From Candidatus Brocadiia bacterium (GTDB taxonomy: Bacteria > Planctomycetota > Brocadiia > CAIUPP01): a stretch of DNA of 64,000 bases. This document shows, piece after piece, positions 37,825-46,868 of the stretch (position 1 is the stretch's first letter; each line of letters starts with the position of its first letter). The notes below the pieces were generated by a model. It was not told the DNA's origin and did no database searches. It saw only the letters and a list, made by a program, of their open reading frames with translations. A program made the position numbers and the translations under genes. The stretch is from assembly GCA_050015075.1 (NCBI GenBank), contig JBEKCB010000010.1, forward strand, positions 32,001-96,000, in the 5' to 3' direction.

Positions 37825-38001
37825 CTATGACCGCTGTTTCGGAACGGCGCGTGCCGCTATGATGCCCAGCACTGCGCCTGCAATAGCCCCTGACCAGGGG
37901 CTGGCGATGCACGGTCAGCCCAGCCCCGCACACTTTCCGAAGTACCCGATGAGGCCGCCGGCAGCGGCTCCTATGACAGCCCCGACGATGTGTCTCAACA
38001 T
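37825..38001 (-). CDS. Probable selenoprotein: 58-aa two-TM protein (DUF6132-like) with in-frame TGA at codon 29
   Basis: GGAG RBS; MLRHIVGAVIGAAAGGLIGYFGKCAGLG-(TGA 37915-37917)-PCIASPWSGAIAGAVLGIIAARAVPKQRS*; SECIS-like hairpin immediately after the TGA. Confidence 0.75.
37877..37914 (-). promoter_or_regulatory. Bacterial SECIS-like stem-loop
   Basis: UGA-ccgUGCAucgcc-AGCCCCU-GGUC-AGGGGCU-auUGCAgg: perfect 7-bp upper stem, apical loop starting with G at +20, lower UGCA/UGCA stem. Confidence 0.7.
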
Positions 38002-38112
38002 GATGCGCGCTCCTGCAGCTCGGGCGGCTGGATTCGGGCTACGGCGCCTGCGCGGTCGCGCGCAGCATAACCTTGGCGCCGAGACCGGTCAAGCTCCGTC
38101 CGGGAATTTCGC

Positions 38113-38141
38113 TTGACTCCACCCCATGAGCGGACTAGACT
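38113..38141 (+). promoter_or_regulatory. Candidate sigma70 promoter for the Mo-oxidoreductase genes
   Basis: TTGACT-N17-TAGACT ~75 nt upstream of the ATG at 38218. Confidence 0.45.
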
Positions 38142-38217
38142 TTTGGATGGGTCAACTACTGTTCCGGGTGTCGGCGCCTCCCAGTTGCGATGGGCTCTGT
38201 CAACAAGGTGGACCGAG

Positions 38218-38694
38218 ATGGAACCAATCTCTTTCACGCTCAATGGCAAGCCCGTAACCGTCACTACAGACGGCGAGAGGATGCTCCTGTGGGTTTTGCG
38301 GGGCGACCTGGGCCTCACCGGGACCAAGTACGGCTGCGGCGAGGGCTACTGCGGGGCGTGTACCGTCCTCGTGAACAAGACGGCCGTCCGCTCGTGCCAA
38401 TACCCGCTGCGAAACGCCGCCGGGAAAGAGGTCGTCACGATTGAGGGTTTGGCCAAGGACGGGAAGCTGAACGCGCTCCAGGAAGCCTTCGTCGAACAGG
38501 ACGCCCTCCAGTGCGGCTACTGTACGCCGGGCATGATCCTCAATGCGTACAGCCTGCTGCTGAGCAACGCTCGGCCTTCCCGGGAACAGATTGTCGAGAC
38601 CATGGAAGGAAATCTCTGTCGCTGCGGGGCGCATGTCCGCATCATCCAGGCGATCCAGTCCGCGAGTGAGAAGATGGGAGGAGTGGCCGGATGA
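38218..38694 (+). CDS. (2Fe-2S)-binding small subunit of a xanthine-oxidase-family enzyme (CoxS/IorA-like)
   Basis: GTKYGCGEGYCGACTV, QCGYCTPG, NLCRCG. Confidence 0.93.
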   Translation: MEPISFTLNGKPVTVTTDGERMLLWVLRGDLGLTGTKYGCGEGYCGACTVLVNKTAVRSCQYPLRNAAGKEVVTIEGLAKDGKLNALQEAFVEQDALQCGYCTPGMILNAYSLLLSNARPSREQIVETMEGNLCRCGAHVRIIQAIQSASEKMGGVAG

Positions 38695-40862
38695 ACGAAG
38701 ATGAAATCATGGAGTGCGATTTCCGCGACACGGTCACTCCGGGCCTAATCAGCCGCCGGGCCTTCCTGAAGGGGGTGGGCGGCGGGATCATCATCCTGAT
38801 TTCCCTTGACATCCCCTCCGTCCTGGCGGCGGAAGCGGGCAGGAGGGAACAGGCGACCGATTTCAACGCGTACCTCAGGATTGGACCGGACGGCCGGGTC
38901 AGTTGCTTCTCGGGCAAGATTGAGATGGGGCAGGGAATCATCACCTCTCTGGCCCAGATGCTGGCCGATGAACTGGACGTGAGCGTGGAATCGGTGGACA
39001 TGGTCATGGGAGACACGGCGCTCTGTCCATGGGATATGGGCACGTTCGGGTCCATGAGCACCCGTTTCTTCGGGCCGGCCCTCCGGGCGGCCGCGGCGGA
39101 AGCCAGGGTGGTCTTGATCGAACTGGCGGCCGAGCGTCTCGGCGTGCCGAAGGAGCGCTTGCAGACAAAGAACGGCGTGGTATTCGACAAGACGCAGGAG
39201 AGGACGCGGGTCACCTACGCGGAACTCGCCGGAGGCAAGCCGATCGCGCGGCACCTTACGGGGAAGGCCGTCCTGAAAGCCGCATCCGAGTTCATGGTGA
39301 TGGGCAAGCCCATGCTGCGAATGGACTCCCGGGTCAAGGTCACTGGAGAAGCCAAGTATGCGGCCGACATCCGCCTGCCCGGCATGCTGTACGCCAGGGT
39401 CCTCAGGCCCACCGCCCACGGCGCGAAGTTGACCAGCGTTGACACCGCTGCAGCCGAAGCCATGGAAGGCGTCCAGGTGGTCAAGGACGGCGACCTGATC
39501 GCCGTCCTTCACAAGGACTTCGATGCCGCAGGGAAGGCGCTGGGCGCGATCAAGGCCCAGTTCGACGTGCCCAAGGCCGAGGTGGACGATGTGACCATCT
39601 TCGACCATCTTGTCAAAGGCGCGGGGGAGCCTAACGTTCTGGCCCAGGGGGGCGACATCGCGGAGGGGCAGAAGCTCGCCGAGGCCACGGTCGAGGCAAC
39701 CTACCTGAACAGCTATGTCGCCCATGCCCCCATGGAGCCTCACAGCGCGGTGGCGCAGATCGAAGGGGACAAGGCGACAGTCTGGGCGTCCACTCAAACG
39801 CCCTTCCCGCTTCAGGGCCAGGTGGCCCAGGCCATCGGACTTTCGGCGGAGAACGTCCGCGTCATCACCCCGTTCCTGGGTGGAGGATTTGGAGGGAAGA
39901 GCCGCGGTCAGCAAGCCATTGAGGCGGCCAAGTTGGCGAAGCTGGTCGGGAAGCCCGTCCAAGTCGCCTGGACGCGCGCGGAGGAGTTCTTCTACGACTC
40001 GTTCAGGCCGGCCGCCGTCGTCAAGATCAGGTCGGGGACGGCCGGGTCCGGGGCTATCGTGCTGTGGGACTACGGCGTCTATTTCGCCGGCGAGCGCGGC
40101 GCGCAACAGTTCTACAACATCCCGCACCATCGCACGGCGTCCTATTCGAAGTGGAGCGGTGAGGGCGGCGCCCATCCATTCGCCACCGGCCCCTGGCGCG
40201 CGCCGGCCAATAATACCAATACCTTCGCCAGGGAGTCGCAGATTGACGCCATGGCGGCCAAAGTGGGCATGGATCCCGTGGCGTTCCGATTGCAGAACCT
40301 GACCGACGAGAGGATGGTGAGAGTCCTCAAGGCGGCGGCCGAGGCGTTCGGCTGGACCCCGGCAAAAGCGCCCAGCGGCCGCGGCTTTGGCGTCGCTTGC
40401 GGCACCGACGCGGGCTCGTACGTGGCCTCCATGGCGGAGGTCCAGGTGGACAAGAAGACGGGGCACGTCCAGGTAAAGCGCGTGGTCTGCGTCCAAGACA
40501 TGGGCTTGGTGATAAACCCCGAGGGCGCGAGATTGCAGATGGAAGGCGGTGTCACCATGGGCCTCGGTTATGCGCTGGCCGAGGAAATCCATTTCAAAGG
40601 GGGCCGGATCAAGGACCTGAATTTCGACACCTATGAACTGCCTCGTTTCCCCGGGGTGCCGCAGATCAAGACGGTGCTCGTGCCGGCGGACGACCTGCCT
40701 CCTCAGGGAGGCGGGGAACCGGCGATCATCTGCATGGGCGGCCTGGTCGCCAACGCCATCCACGATGCGACCGGCGTCAGGCTGTTCCAACTCCCTATGA
40801 CGGAAGCGCGCCTCCTCAAGGCGCTGGCCGCGCGCACCGGCCAGCCTGCCTTTGTCGCCTGA
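38691..40862 (+). CDS. Molybdopterin-binding large subunit (isoquinoline 1-oxidoreductase beta/IorB-like), Tat-exported
   Basis: SRRAFLK Tat motif; KIEMGQG, AHAPMEP, LGGGFGGK, QMEGG, GGGEP. ATGA overlap with the small subunit. Confidence 0.92.
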   Translation: MNEDEIMECDFRDTVTPGLISRRAFLKGVGGGIIILISLDIPSVLAAEAGRREQATDFNAYLRIGPDGRVSCFSGKIEMGQGIITSLAQMLADELDVSVESVDMVMGDTALCPWDMGTFGSMSTRFFGPALRAAAAEARVVLIELAAERLGVPKERLQTKNGVVFDKTQERTRVTYAELAGGKPIARHLTGKAVLKAASEFMVMGKPMLRMDSRVKVTGEAKYAADIRLPGMLYARVLRPTAHGAKLTSVDTAAAEAMEGVQVVKDGDLIAVLHKDFDAAGKALGAIKAQFDVPKAEVDDVTIFDHLVKGAGEPNVLAQGGDIAEGQKLAEATVEATYLNSYVAHAPMEPHSAVAQIEGDKATVWASTQTPFPLQGQVAQAIGLSAENVRVITPFLGGGFGGKSRGQQAIEAAKLAKLVGKPVQVAWTRAEEFFYDSFRPAAVVKIRSGTAGSGAIVLWDYGVYFAGERGAQQFYNIPHHRTASYSKWSGEGGAHPFATGPWRAPANNTNTFARESQIDAMAAKVGMDPVAFRLQNLTDERMVRVLKAAAEAFGWTPAKAPSGRGFGVACGTDAGSYVASMAEVQVDKKTGHVQVKRVVCVQDMGLVINPEGARLQMEGGVTMGLGYALAEEIHFKGGRIKDLNFDTYELPRFPGVPQIKTVLVPADDLPPQGGGEPAIICMGGLVANAIHDATGVRLFQLPMTEARLLKALAARTGQPAFVA

Positions 40863-40869
40863 CCGGGGA

Positions 40870-40985
40870 ATCCAAGCCCACGACAGGCTGGCAGTACTTC
40901 GCTGTTGTCCGCACATCGGAGTGACCGAGCACTTCGGCCGCCACCCGCTGGTTGTCATCGGCCTCAACGATAGGTCGTGCTTCCC
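40870..40985 (-). pseudogene. C-terminal fragment of a tyrosine recombinase/integrase
   Basis: Minus-strand frame reads IVEADDNQRVAAEVLGHSDVRTTAKYCQP (box II LGHxxxxTTxxY). No N-terminal part is present. Confidence 0.6.
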
Positions 40986-41029
40986 CGGAACTCCTTCGAC
41001 AGTCCCTCTGTCCCTGTTAGCTCGATGTC

Positions 41030-43120
41030 CTACTGGTTCAGGGGCGGCTTCCACAGCCGCAGGGCGAGAGCGTGGAACCACAGCGCGTAGTTATGGTCCG
41101 GCTGGTCGCGGCGGGCGGTCAGCTTGAGGCGGAAGGTGTGGGCGCCGGCTTTGAGTTCCACTTTGTCCAGCGTCGCCAGGCCCTCTGTAGCCCCCGTGAT
41201 GCTTGTGACGGCCGGCGGCGCCTTCTCGACGGCATGCTCCGCACCCCCGTCGATCTGCCATACGAAGGGCGAGAGGGAGCGCGGCGGTTTCAGGCGCATA
41301 AGGCTATTGCCCGAGAACAGGACCTCGTAGCTTCCGTCCGCAGGAACGGTGAGAGTGACCTCGACCCAGTAGCCCTCCGGCCCCGGCTCGTCCTTGGTCC
41401 AGATGTCGGCGGTGCGTCCCTCGGAGAAGTTCTCATGAGGAGTCACCTGCCACCCCGGCCCCAGGCGGCCCGCCGCGGCTTGAGCGACCACCATGCCGGC
41501 GCTCGGCCCGCCCGCGGCGCCCCTGAGAATCTTGAGGCTGCGCGCGCCGTTCAGCAAGCAAGTGTCCTTGAGGTTGATCGTCGCCTGGCCGTCTTTGATC
41601 TGCACCTCAGTGGAGCGGCCGAGCAGGTCTGTCAGGGTCACGGGCCGACCTGCCTGCAGCGGCTGGACCGCGAGAGTAGCCGTTGCCTGGATGCAGAAGA
41701 GGTTCCCGCGGTTGTCGAAGTCTGCGATGGCCTCCTCGCCGCGCTGGAAAAAGTGCGTCTCGTAGCCGGGGATCGCGCTGCTGGAGCCGGTGTGTTTAGC
41801 CAGGCCGAGGCAGTGGGCGCCCACCGAGTAGGCGAGCCCCGCGGGACGGGCGGTGAGGTCGCGGTTGACCAGCGGACGGTAGTCTGCGTAACCGGCGAAG
41901 ACGTGAAGGAACTTGAAGGACCGCTCAATGGGACTCGCCAGGTTGCGCAGCGGGATCTCCGAGCGCTCCTCGGAGTTCCACAGAGGCAGTTGGAGATGGT
42001 GTTGCTTGAGCAGCGCCTGCCAGCCGTCAATAGCGCTCGGGATATCGTCGGTGTAATGGACCGTAAGGATATCGAGGTCTTTCCCGACGCCAAGCTGGAA
42101 GAGACGGTCGGCGAAGGTCTGACCGCTGTCGAAAAAGCCGGTCAACCCGGGCCCTGCGATGTGCGCCTCGGAATTGCCCCGTCGCAGAGCGGCGGCGGTG
42201 TGGTGGACCAACTCGGCGAAGTCATCCACCGTGCCGGTCCAGTACCGGTTCGTCAGGTTGGGCTCGTTCCAGATCTCCCAGACCTTGATGTCCTCGCGGA
42301 AGTCGGCCGACAGCTTGGTCATCAGTTGGTCCCAGAGCGCGTAGTCCGCGGGCTTTACCCGGTTGTAGACGGGACCGGCGTCCCCGATGACCGCCGTGTC
42401 GTTGGGGCGGGAGGACAGCTCGCGGGGACACTGGGCAACCTCGCCCATGACATAGAGGCCCTGCTTGCGCAGAGCCCGCACCATCGCCTTAGCCCTCGAC
42501 CAGTCGGCATCCACCGAGGGCGGGGCGCCGGGCGTGATAGTGACCTTGCCGAAGGTCTCCGCCCAGAAGTTGAAACGGACCCACGAGGCGCCCAGCAGGC
42601 GCTGGCTCAGAGCCAGGTCCGCGGCCGCTTGCTCCAGGGGCCTGTCGTCGAGAGGGATGTAGAATATCCCCCAAGGCGAAGCCTCGTCAGGGGGATCGGG
42701 CGTGAAAACGACGGCGACGGAGGTGGCGGCCGTGGCCTTCCTTTCGCCGCAGACCAGGTTCAGCCAGAGCGGGTACAGCCCGCGGCGTCCCCGTATCTCA
42801 AGGGGCAAGCGCACTTCTCCGGCGCCGTCAGCGAACTCTGCGATGGGGACCTCGCCCTGCTGCACGAGGGTGCCCTCACTATCGGTCAGCCGGTACTGTA
42901 AGCAGGCCGGTCCGGTCAAGCCGGTGGCCTTCGCCTGCATGTCGATCGGTTCGCTGTCCGAGAACATGAACCCGGCGCGGGGTGAGGCAGGGGTGACGCT
43001 GAGCGCTTTTGGGTTCTGCGCCAGCGCGCTACCCGCGCACAGGCCTGCGGCGAACAGCAGGGCCAGGGTGATAAGTACCGATTGCCGCCGCGAGTTGGCA
43101 GCCTCCTGGATGATCTGCAC
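41030..43120 (-). CDS. Exported clan GH-A glycoside hydrolase (GH39-like) with C-terminal beta-sandwich
   Basis: Signal peptide; VWEIWNEPN acid/base motif; LTVHY; LWNSE. GTG start with GGAGG RBS. Confidence 0.75.
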   Translation of the reverse strand: MQIIQEAANSRRQSVLITLALLFAAGLCAGSALAQNPKALSVTPASPRAGFMFSDSEPIDMQAKATGLTGPACLQYRLTDSEGTLVQQGEVPIAEFADGAGEVRLPLEIRGRRGLYPLWLNLVCGERKATAATSVAVVFTPDPPDEASPWGIFYIPLDDRPLEQAAADLALSQRLLGASWVRFNFWAETFGKVTITPGAPPSVDADWSRAKAMVRALRKQGLYVMGEVAQCPRELSSRPNDTAVIGDAGPVYNRVKPADYALWDQLMTKLSADFREDIKVWEIWNEPNLTNRYWTGTVDDFAELVHHTAAALRRGNSEAHIAGPGLTGFFDSGQTFADRLFQLGVGKDLDILTVHYTDDIPSAIDGWQALLKQHHLQLPLWNSEERSEIPLRNLASPIERSFKFLHVFAGYADYRPLVNRDLTARPAGLAYSVGAHCLGLAKHTGSSSAIPGYETHFFQRGEEAIADFDNRGNLFCIQATATLAVQPLQAGRPVTLTDLLGRSTEVQIKDGQATINLKDTCLLNGARSLKILRGAAGGPSAGMVVAQAAAGRLGPGWQVTPHENFSEGRTADIWTKDEPGPEGYWVEVTLTVPADGSYEVLFSGNSLMRLKPPRSLSPFVWQIDGGAEHAVEKAPPAVTSITGATEGLATLDKVELKAGAHTFRLKLTARRDQPDHNYALWFHALALRLWKPPLNQ

Positions 43121-43136
43121 GAAGCCGACCTCCAAA

Positions 43137-43164
43137 TCACCCGGAATTCCCCAGTTTGACCGTC
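43137..43164 (-). repeat. Partial copy (3' arm + tail) of the conserved element (copy F)
   Basis: Sense strand: GACGGTCaaactggggaattccgggtga, just before the GH39 RBS. Confidence 0.6.
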
Positions 43165-43224
43165 AGAATCCGCTTGCCGAAGGGAAGTCGCGCGGCGAAA
43201 GAACGCCCCTGCGCCGGCGGGATT

Positions 43225-44835
43225 TTACCTGCCAGGCTGGGCAGGACCTTTAAGTTCTTTTGCAACGGCGTTCCTGTAGTAGCTATCGTCGTGCTGCTGC
43301 TTCCATCCGTCGGTCGGGGGCATGCCGGGAGCGGTGCGGTATTTCGCCCAGATTTCGACAACCCACTGCGTCCAGTAGCACGTGCCTTCCCGGCAATAGT
43401 CGTTGTCGTAGTCGAGGCCGCGTGCTTTGAGGATTTTGCGGGAAGCGGCGTCGTTTTCGTACATCCAGCGATCCACGTAATCGAAGAATGCATCGTGGTT
43501 CCAGGCTTTTTCGGCGTGCAGGAGGTGGAGCGCCAAGGCCTGGGCGACCCAGGCCGAGCTCGTGTTGGCGCGGCGGTAGCCTTCGCTGGTCAGCTGGCCT
43601 CGTCCCCAGGTGGAGGGCGGCGTGTGTTCATAGGGACCCCAGGCGTTGGGCCCGCGAACATAGTTACGGCTGATCCCGGTGACTTCATCAATGCCGGAGT
43701 GCCCGGTGAAGACGACTTTCGCGCCGGTCCAGCAGTCACCGTAGGCGGTTTGCTCGTCTTCGCCGAAGGCGGCTTTGGGGAAGGACTTGTTGACGTTGGC
43801 GAGTTCGTCGTCACCGAGGAGCAGCCCTGCGAAGACGATGGGCAGCTTGCGGCCGCTGCCGTGGCCGCCGAAGCCCGGCCATCCGGAATGCCCGGCGCGA
43901 ATGATGCCGCCGAGGTCAATTCCGACCTGGACGAAGTTATCGAGCAAAGGCTCTTTTTGCGCGGGAGTGAAGTTCATGCAGAGGAGCAGCGCCGCATCGC
44001 CGACGCATTCGCCGACCTGCTGGCCGTACCAGGGCATGTTGTCGGCGGGTTCTTCGAAGCCGAAGAAGCCGGTGTTGACCCACGGGCGCTGGGTGTAGCG
44101 GACGTATTCCTCGATCGTGGCAGCATCGCCGGGACGGACGAGGGAGGGCAAGAGTTCGCGCTTCAGATCGCGCGCCAAAAAGATCTTTTGAGTGCGGTCG
44201 CAGAACGATGGACGGAATGCATCGGCCGGTTGCGGCGCAGCGACGCAGGTCAGCACGGCGGCGTCTTTGACGGGACTGGAATCCTCTACGCCGCGCGATT
44301 CCGTTTCGTTGCTATTCTGCAGTGGAACCTGCAGGACCAGTCCCATCGGCATGCTGATGGTCGAGACGAGGGAATCGCCGGGCTTCATGGCGACGGGAAG
44401 CTTTTGGATGAGGGCCGGGTCAAACCAGTTCTTGACGCCGCTGTCGTAAGATACTTTATCTTCGGCGGGCGGATTGAGCATGAAGCCGTTGCGAACGCGG
44501 TATTTTCCCGGCTGGAGCTTATCCGTCGGGTCGAGCTGATCGGCGGGGATTTCGGCGCCGTAAAGAGGCCGCGGGCTGATCGCGGTGATCGTCACGGGTC
44601 CGACGACGTAAAAGTCGCCGTTGACGAATTGTCCGACCCGAGCCGGCTTGTCAAACGTCCAGGTCATGCCGTATTGCGAGAGGCTGTCTTTCAACGGAAG
44701 ATCATCGAGCCTGGGCGCCGCCGGGGCGTTGGCCTTGGTGTAAATGGCGGCCGGCTTTTCCTGGCTCCAACCGGGACTCGCCAGAGCCGCGACTGTCGCG
44801 GCAGAGAGACCGAGCGCTAAAATCTTTCCGAACAT
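43225..44835 (-). CDS. Exported protein of unknown function, paralog of the N-terminal half of 30452-33508
   Basis: Start moved to MFGKILALGLSAATVAALASPGWS (GGGAGG RBS); shared motifs as listed for 30452. Confidence 0.8.
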   Translation of the reverse strand: MFGKILALGLSAATVAALASPGWSQEKPAAIYTKANAPAAPRLDDLPLKDSLSQYGMTWTFDKPARVGQFVNGDFYVVGPVTITAISPRPLYGAEIPADQLDPTDKLQPGKYRVRNGFMLNPPAEDKVSYDSGVKNWFDPALIQKLPVAMKPGDSLVSTISMPMGLVLQVPLQNSNETESRGVEDSSPVKDAAVLTCVAAPQPADAFRPSFCDRTQKIFLARDLKRELLPSLVRPGDAATIEEYVRYTQRPWVNTGFFGFEEPADNMPWYGQQVGECVGDAALLLCMNFTPAQKEPLLDNFVQVGIDLGGIIRAGHSGWPGFGGHGSGRKLPIVFAGLLLGDDELANVNKSFPKAAFGEDEQTAYGDCWTGAKVVFTGHSGIDEVTGISRNYVRGPNAWGPYEHTPPSTWGRGQLTSEGYRRANTSSAWVAQALALHLLHAEKAWNHDAFFDYVDRWMYENDAASRKILKARGLDYDNDYCREGTCYWTQWVVEIWAKYRTAPGMPPTDGWKQQHDDSYYRNAVAKELKGPAQPGR

Positions 44836-44953
44836 GATATTCCTCCCTTTCCGTTTTGCCGTGAATCGAGACCGGAAGCGCACACCGGCTCGCGCGCTCC
44901 CACTCCGCGCTCGCGATCAACGCGGGTTATTTATCCCGCTGACCCAATGCCGT

Positions 44954-45042
44954 TTCAGCCGGAATTTTCCATCTGCCCCTCTTCCGGCGGACATTCGGCC
45001 TCTGGACATGAAAGATTGTACGCTCTAAGCGATTGCTGTCAA
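44954..45042 (-). promoter_or_regulatory. Sigma70 promoter TTGACA-N16-TACAAT plus conserved leader element (copy C)
   Basis: Sense strand: TTGACAgcaatcgcttagagcgTACAATctttcatgtccagaggccGAATGTCcgccggaaGAGGGGCagatggaaaattccggctgaa. Confidence 0.72.
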
Positions 45043-45154
45043 GTGGTTTCACGGCTGTTCTAGAATACGATACGGCCGCGCGCCACCCCTTTGTTCAGCT
45101 ACGAACGCTGTGCCATCAATTCGCTTGTTCCCGTGATCCTATCCACGCTTTAGA

Positions 45155-45194
45155 AGCCGGAATTTCCCTTCTTTTCGCCCTCCGTGCGACGGTC
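45155..45194 (-). repeat. Degenerate promoter-less copy of the conserved element (copy H)
   Basis: Sense strand: GACCGTCgcacggagGGCGAAAagaagggaaattccggct, in the same register as copy A. Confidence 0.5.
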
Positions 45195-45280
45195 AGACAT
45201 CAAATGTCGGATTCTGACGTCCAAGCTCATTCCCCGCCAGTTTTTCGGCAGTTGACCAGGCCCGCGGGAATTCCGGAGGA

Positions 45281-45844
45281 TCAGAGCCCGAGTTGTGCGG
45301 AGACGCCCTGCATCGCCTTGAGTACGATGCCGACGTGTTCCTCGAGCGGCACGCCGAGTTCCCTGGAGCCTTGCTCGACCGTCTGTCGGTTCACACCGGC
45401 CGCGAAGGACTTCTCCTTCCATTTCTTCATCACCGTCTTCACCTCGACCTCCGCCAGTTTCTTCGAGGGTCGCACCAACGCCGCCGCGGTGATCAGGCCG
45501 GTCAGTTCGTCCACCGCATAAATGGCCTTTTTCAGGAGCGAATCGCGGACCACGCCGGCGTGGTCCGCATGGGCCAGGATCGCCTGCACGAGTTCGTCGG
45601 AGAACCCCTGCTGCCGCAAATACGCCGCGCCTTCCATCGGATGGCTGCTCAAACTGGGGAACTTCTCGTAATCGAAATCATGGAGCAGCCCGACCGCGCC
45701 CCATTTTTCGGGATCCTGTCCGAACCGCGCCGCGTAGGCGCGCATCGCTGCTTCGACGGCATAGGCGTGTTTTCGGAGGTTTTGATTCTTCGTCCAGTCT
45801 TCGAGAATTGCCTCCGCCTGGCTCCGTGTCGGCCACGTGTCCAT
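45281..45844 (-). CDS. HD-superfamily metal-dependent phosphohydrolase
   Basis: LRKHAYAVEAAM, GLLHDFDYE, AILAH, AVDELTGLI. Confidence 0.9.
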   Translation of the reverse strand: MDTWPTRSQAEAILEDWTKNQNLRKHAYAVEAAMRAYAARFGQDPEKWGAVGLLHDFDYEKFPSLSSHPMEGAAYLRQQGFSDELVQAILAHADHAGVVRDSLLKKAIYAVDELTGLITAAALVRPSKKLAEVEVKTVMKKWKEKSFAAGVNRQTVEQGSRELGVPLEEHVGIVLKAMQGVSAQLGL

Positions 45845-46028
45845 CAGGTCGCTCCTTTCGCTTTTTCAACCCGTGCGCCTCATACGGATTATACCATGTG
45901 AGCGGCGCGGCCTATTCCGCATGCCGCCCTCCCATGGTATAATACAAGGGGATGGGCGGCAACGGCCGCCCGAAGCGCACGCTTTGCCGTTCGACCCTCA
46001 TTGCGAGACTAAGAAGGCGAGGTGCAGC

Positions 46029-46286
46029 GTGAGCGACGAGAGCAGGAAATCCGCCGGCGAGCGAATGCTGACGAGAACCGATGTGCTCGAAGGGCTCCGA
46101 GCAGCCGGCCTGCCGCAAGGTGATGTCAATGACATCATGAAGCAGATGGACCAGATCATCGGGCTCGAGACGGTGGTCAGGCTTCCAGCGCTGTTCAGTC
46201 TGCTGCTGGACTACCGGGCGGATAAAACGCAGATGATGGACTCGCCGGGCGTCAAGAAGGTTTCGCCGATTCGCCCTCCGCGCTGA
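46029..46286 (+). CDS. Small hypothetical protein
   Basis: GTG after GAGG; coding-like codon usage; start uncertain. Confidence 0.5.
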   Translation: MSDESRKSAGERMLTRTDVLEGLRAAGLPQGDVNDIMKQMDQIIGLETVVRLPALFSLLLDYRADKTQMMDSPGVKKVSPIRPPR

Positions 46287-46307
46287 ATGCGGCGCATAAG
46301 GCATGTC

Positions 46308-46390
46308 TCACCACGAAGGACACGAAGGGCGCACTTAAAAATGCCTGTTTCGCCGCCCGTTCTTCATGCCCTTCGTGCCCTTCGTGGTGA
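46308..46390. repeat. REP-like long imperfect inverted repeat with internal 9-bp periodicity
   Basis: TCACCACGAAGGACACGAAGGGC ... GCCCTTCGTGCCCTTCGTGGTGA between convergent genes. Confidence 0.8.
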
Positions 46391-46436
46391 AGCGTCGCGG
46401 AATAGTGGAATATTAACGGAATAGTACGTGTGATAC

Positions 46437-46829
46437 TTATTTGTGGCTCCCTGCGAACCACAAGCATGAACAGATAAAGTCAACTGCAATCGAAGCGATG
46501 GCAATATAGTACCATTTGCGGTAAGTTGCGTGCTCCTGGATAAATCGCCCAAACGTCGCCCGACAGGTGAATGCTACCGCCCTAGCATACTGTACCGGAT
46601 TCACGCGCGCTTCAAATGGTAGCTGTTCAAAGTAGTTAACGTATGTTTTCAGGACAAGCCAGTAAATGGGCCACGTGAGGATGACTAAAAGAAGGGACGG
46701 AACAGCATTCCATAGAACTAAGCGCGCCTCTTTCATGCCAAGAAGCATACCTGTCCAATACGCCAGAATTAGAACCACTACGCCGAATGGAAATATTTTG
46801 AACTGCCGTCCATAATCAGATTCGGGCAT
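46437..46829 (-). CDS. AT-rich hypothetical membrane protein (~3 TM)
   Basis: 130-aa hydrophobic ORF, visibly lower GC than its flanks. Confidence 0.6.
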   Translation of the reverse strand: MPESDYGRQFKIFPFGVVVLILAYWTGMLLGMKEARLVLWNAVPSLLLVILTWPIYWLVLKTYVNYFEQLPFEARVNPVQYARAVAFTCRATFGRFIQEHATYRKWYYIAIASIAVDFICSCLWFAGSHK

Positions 46830-46868
46830 AGGCGCTCTCTTTAAACGGCATTCCCCAGATGGTCCGCC

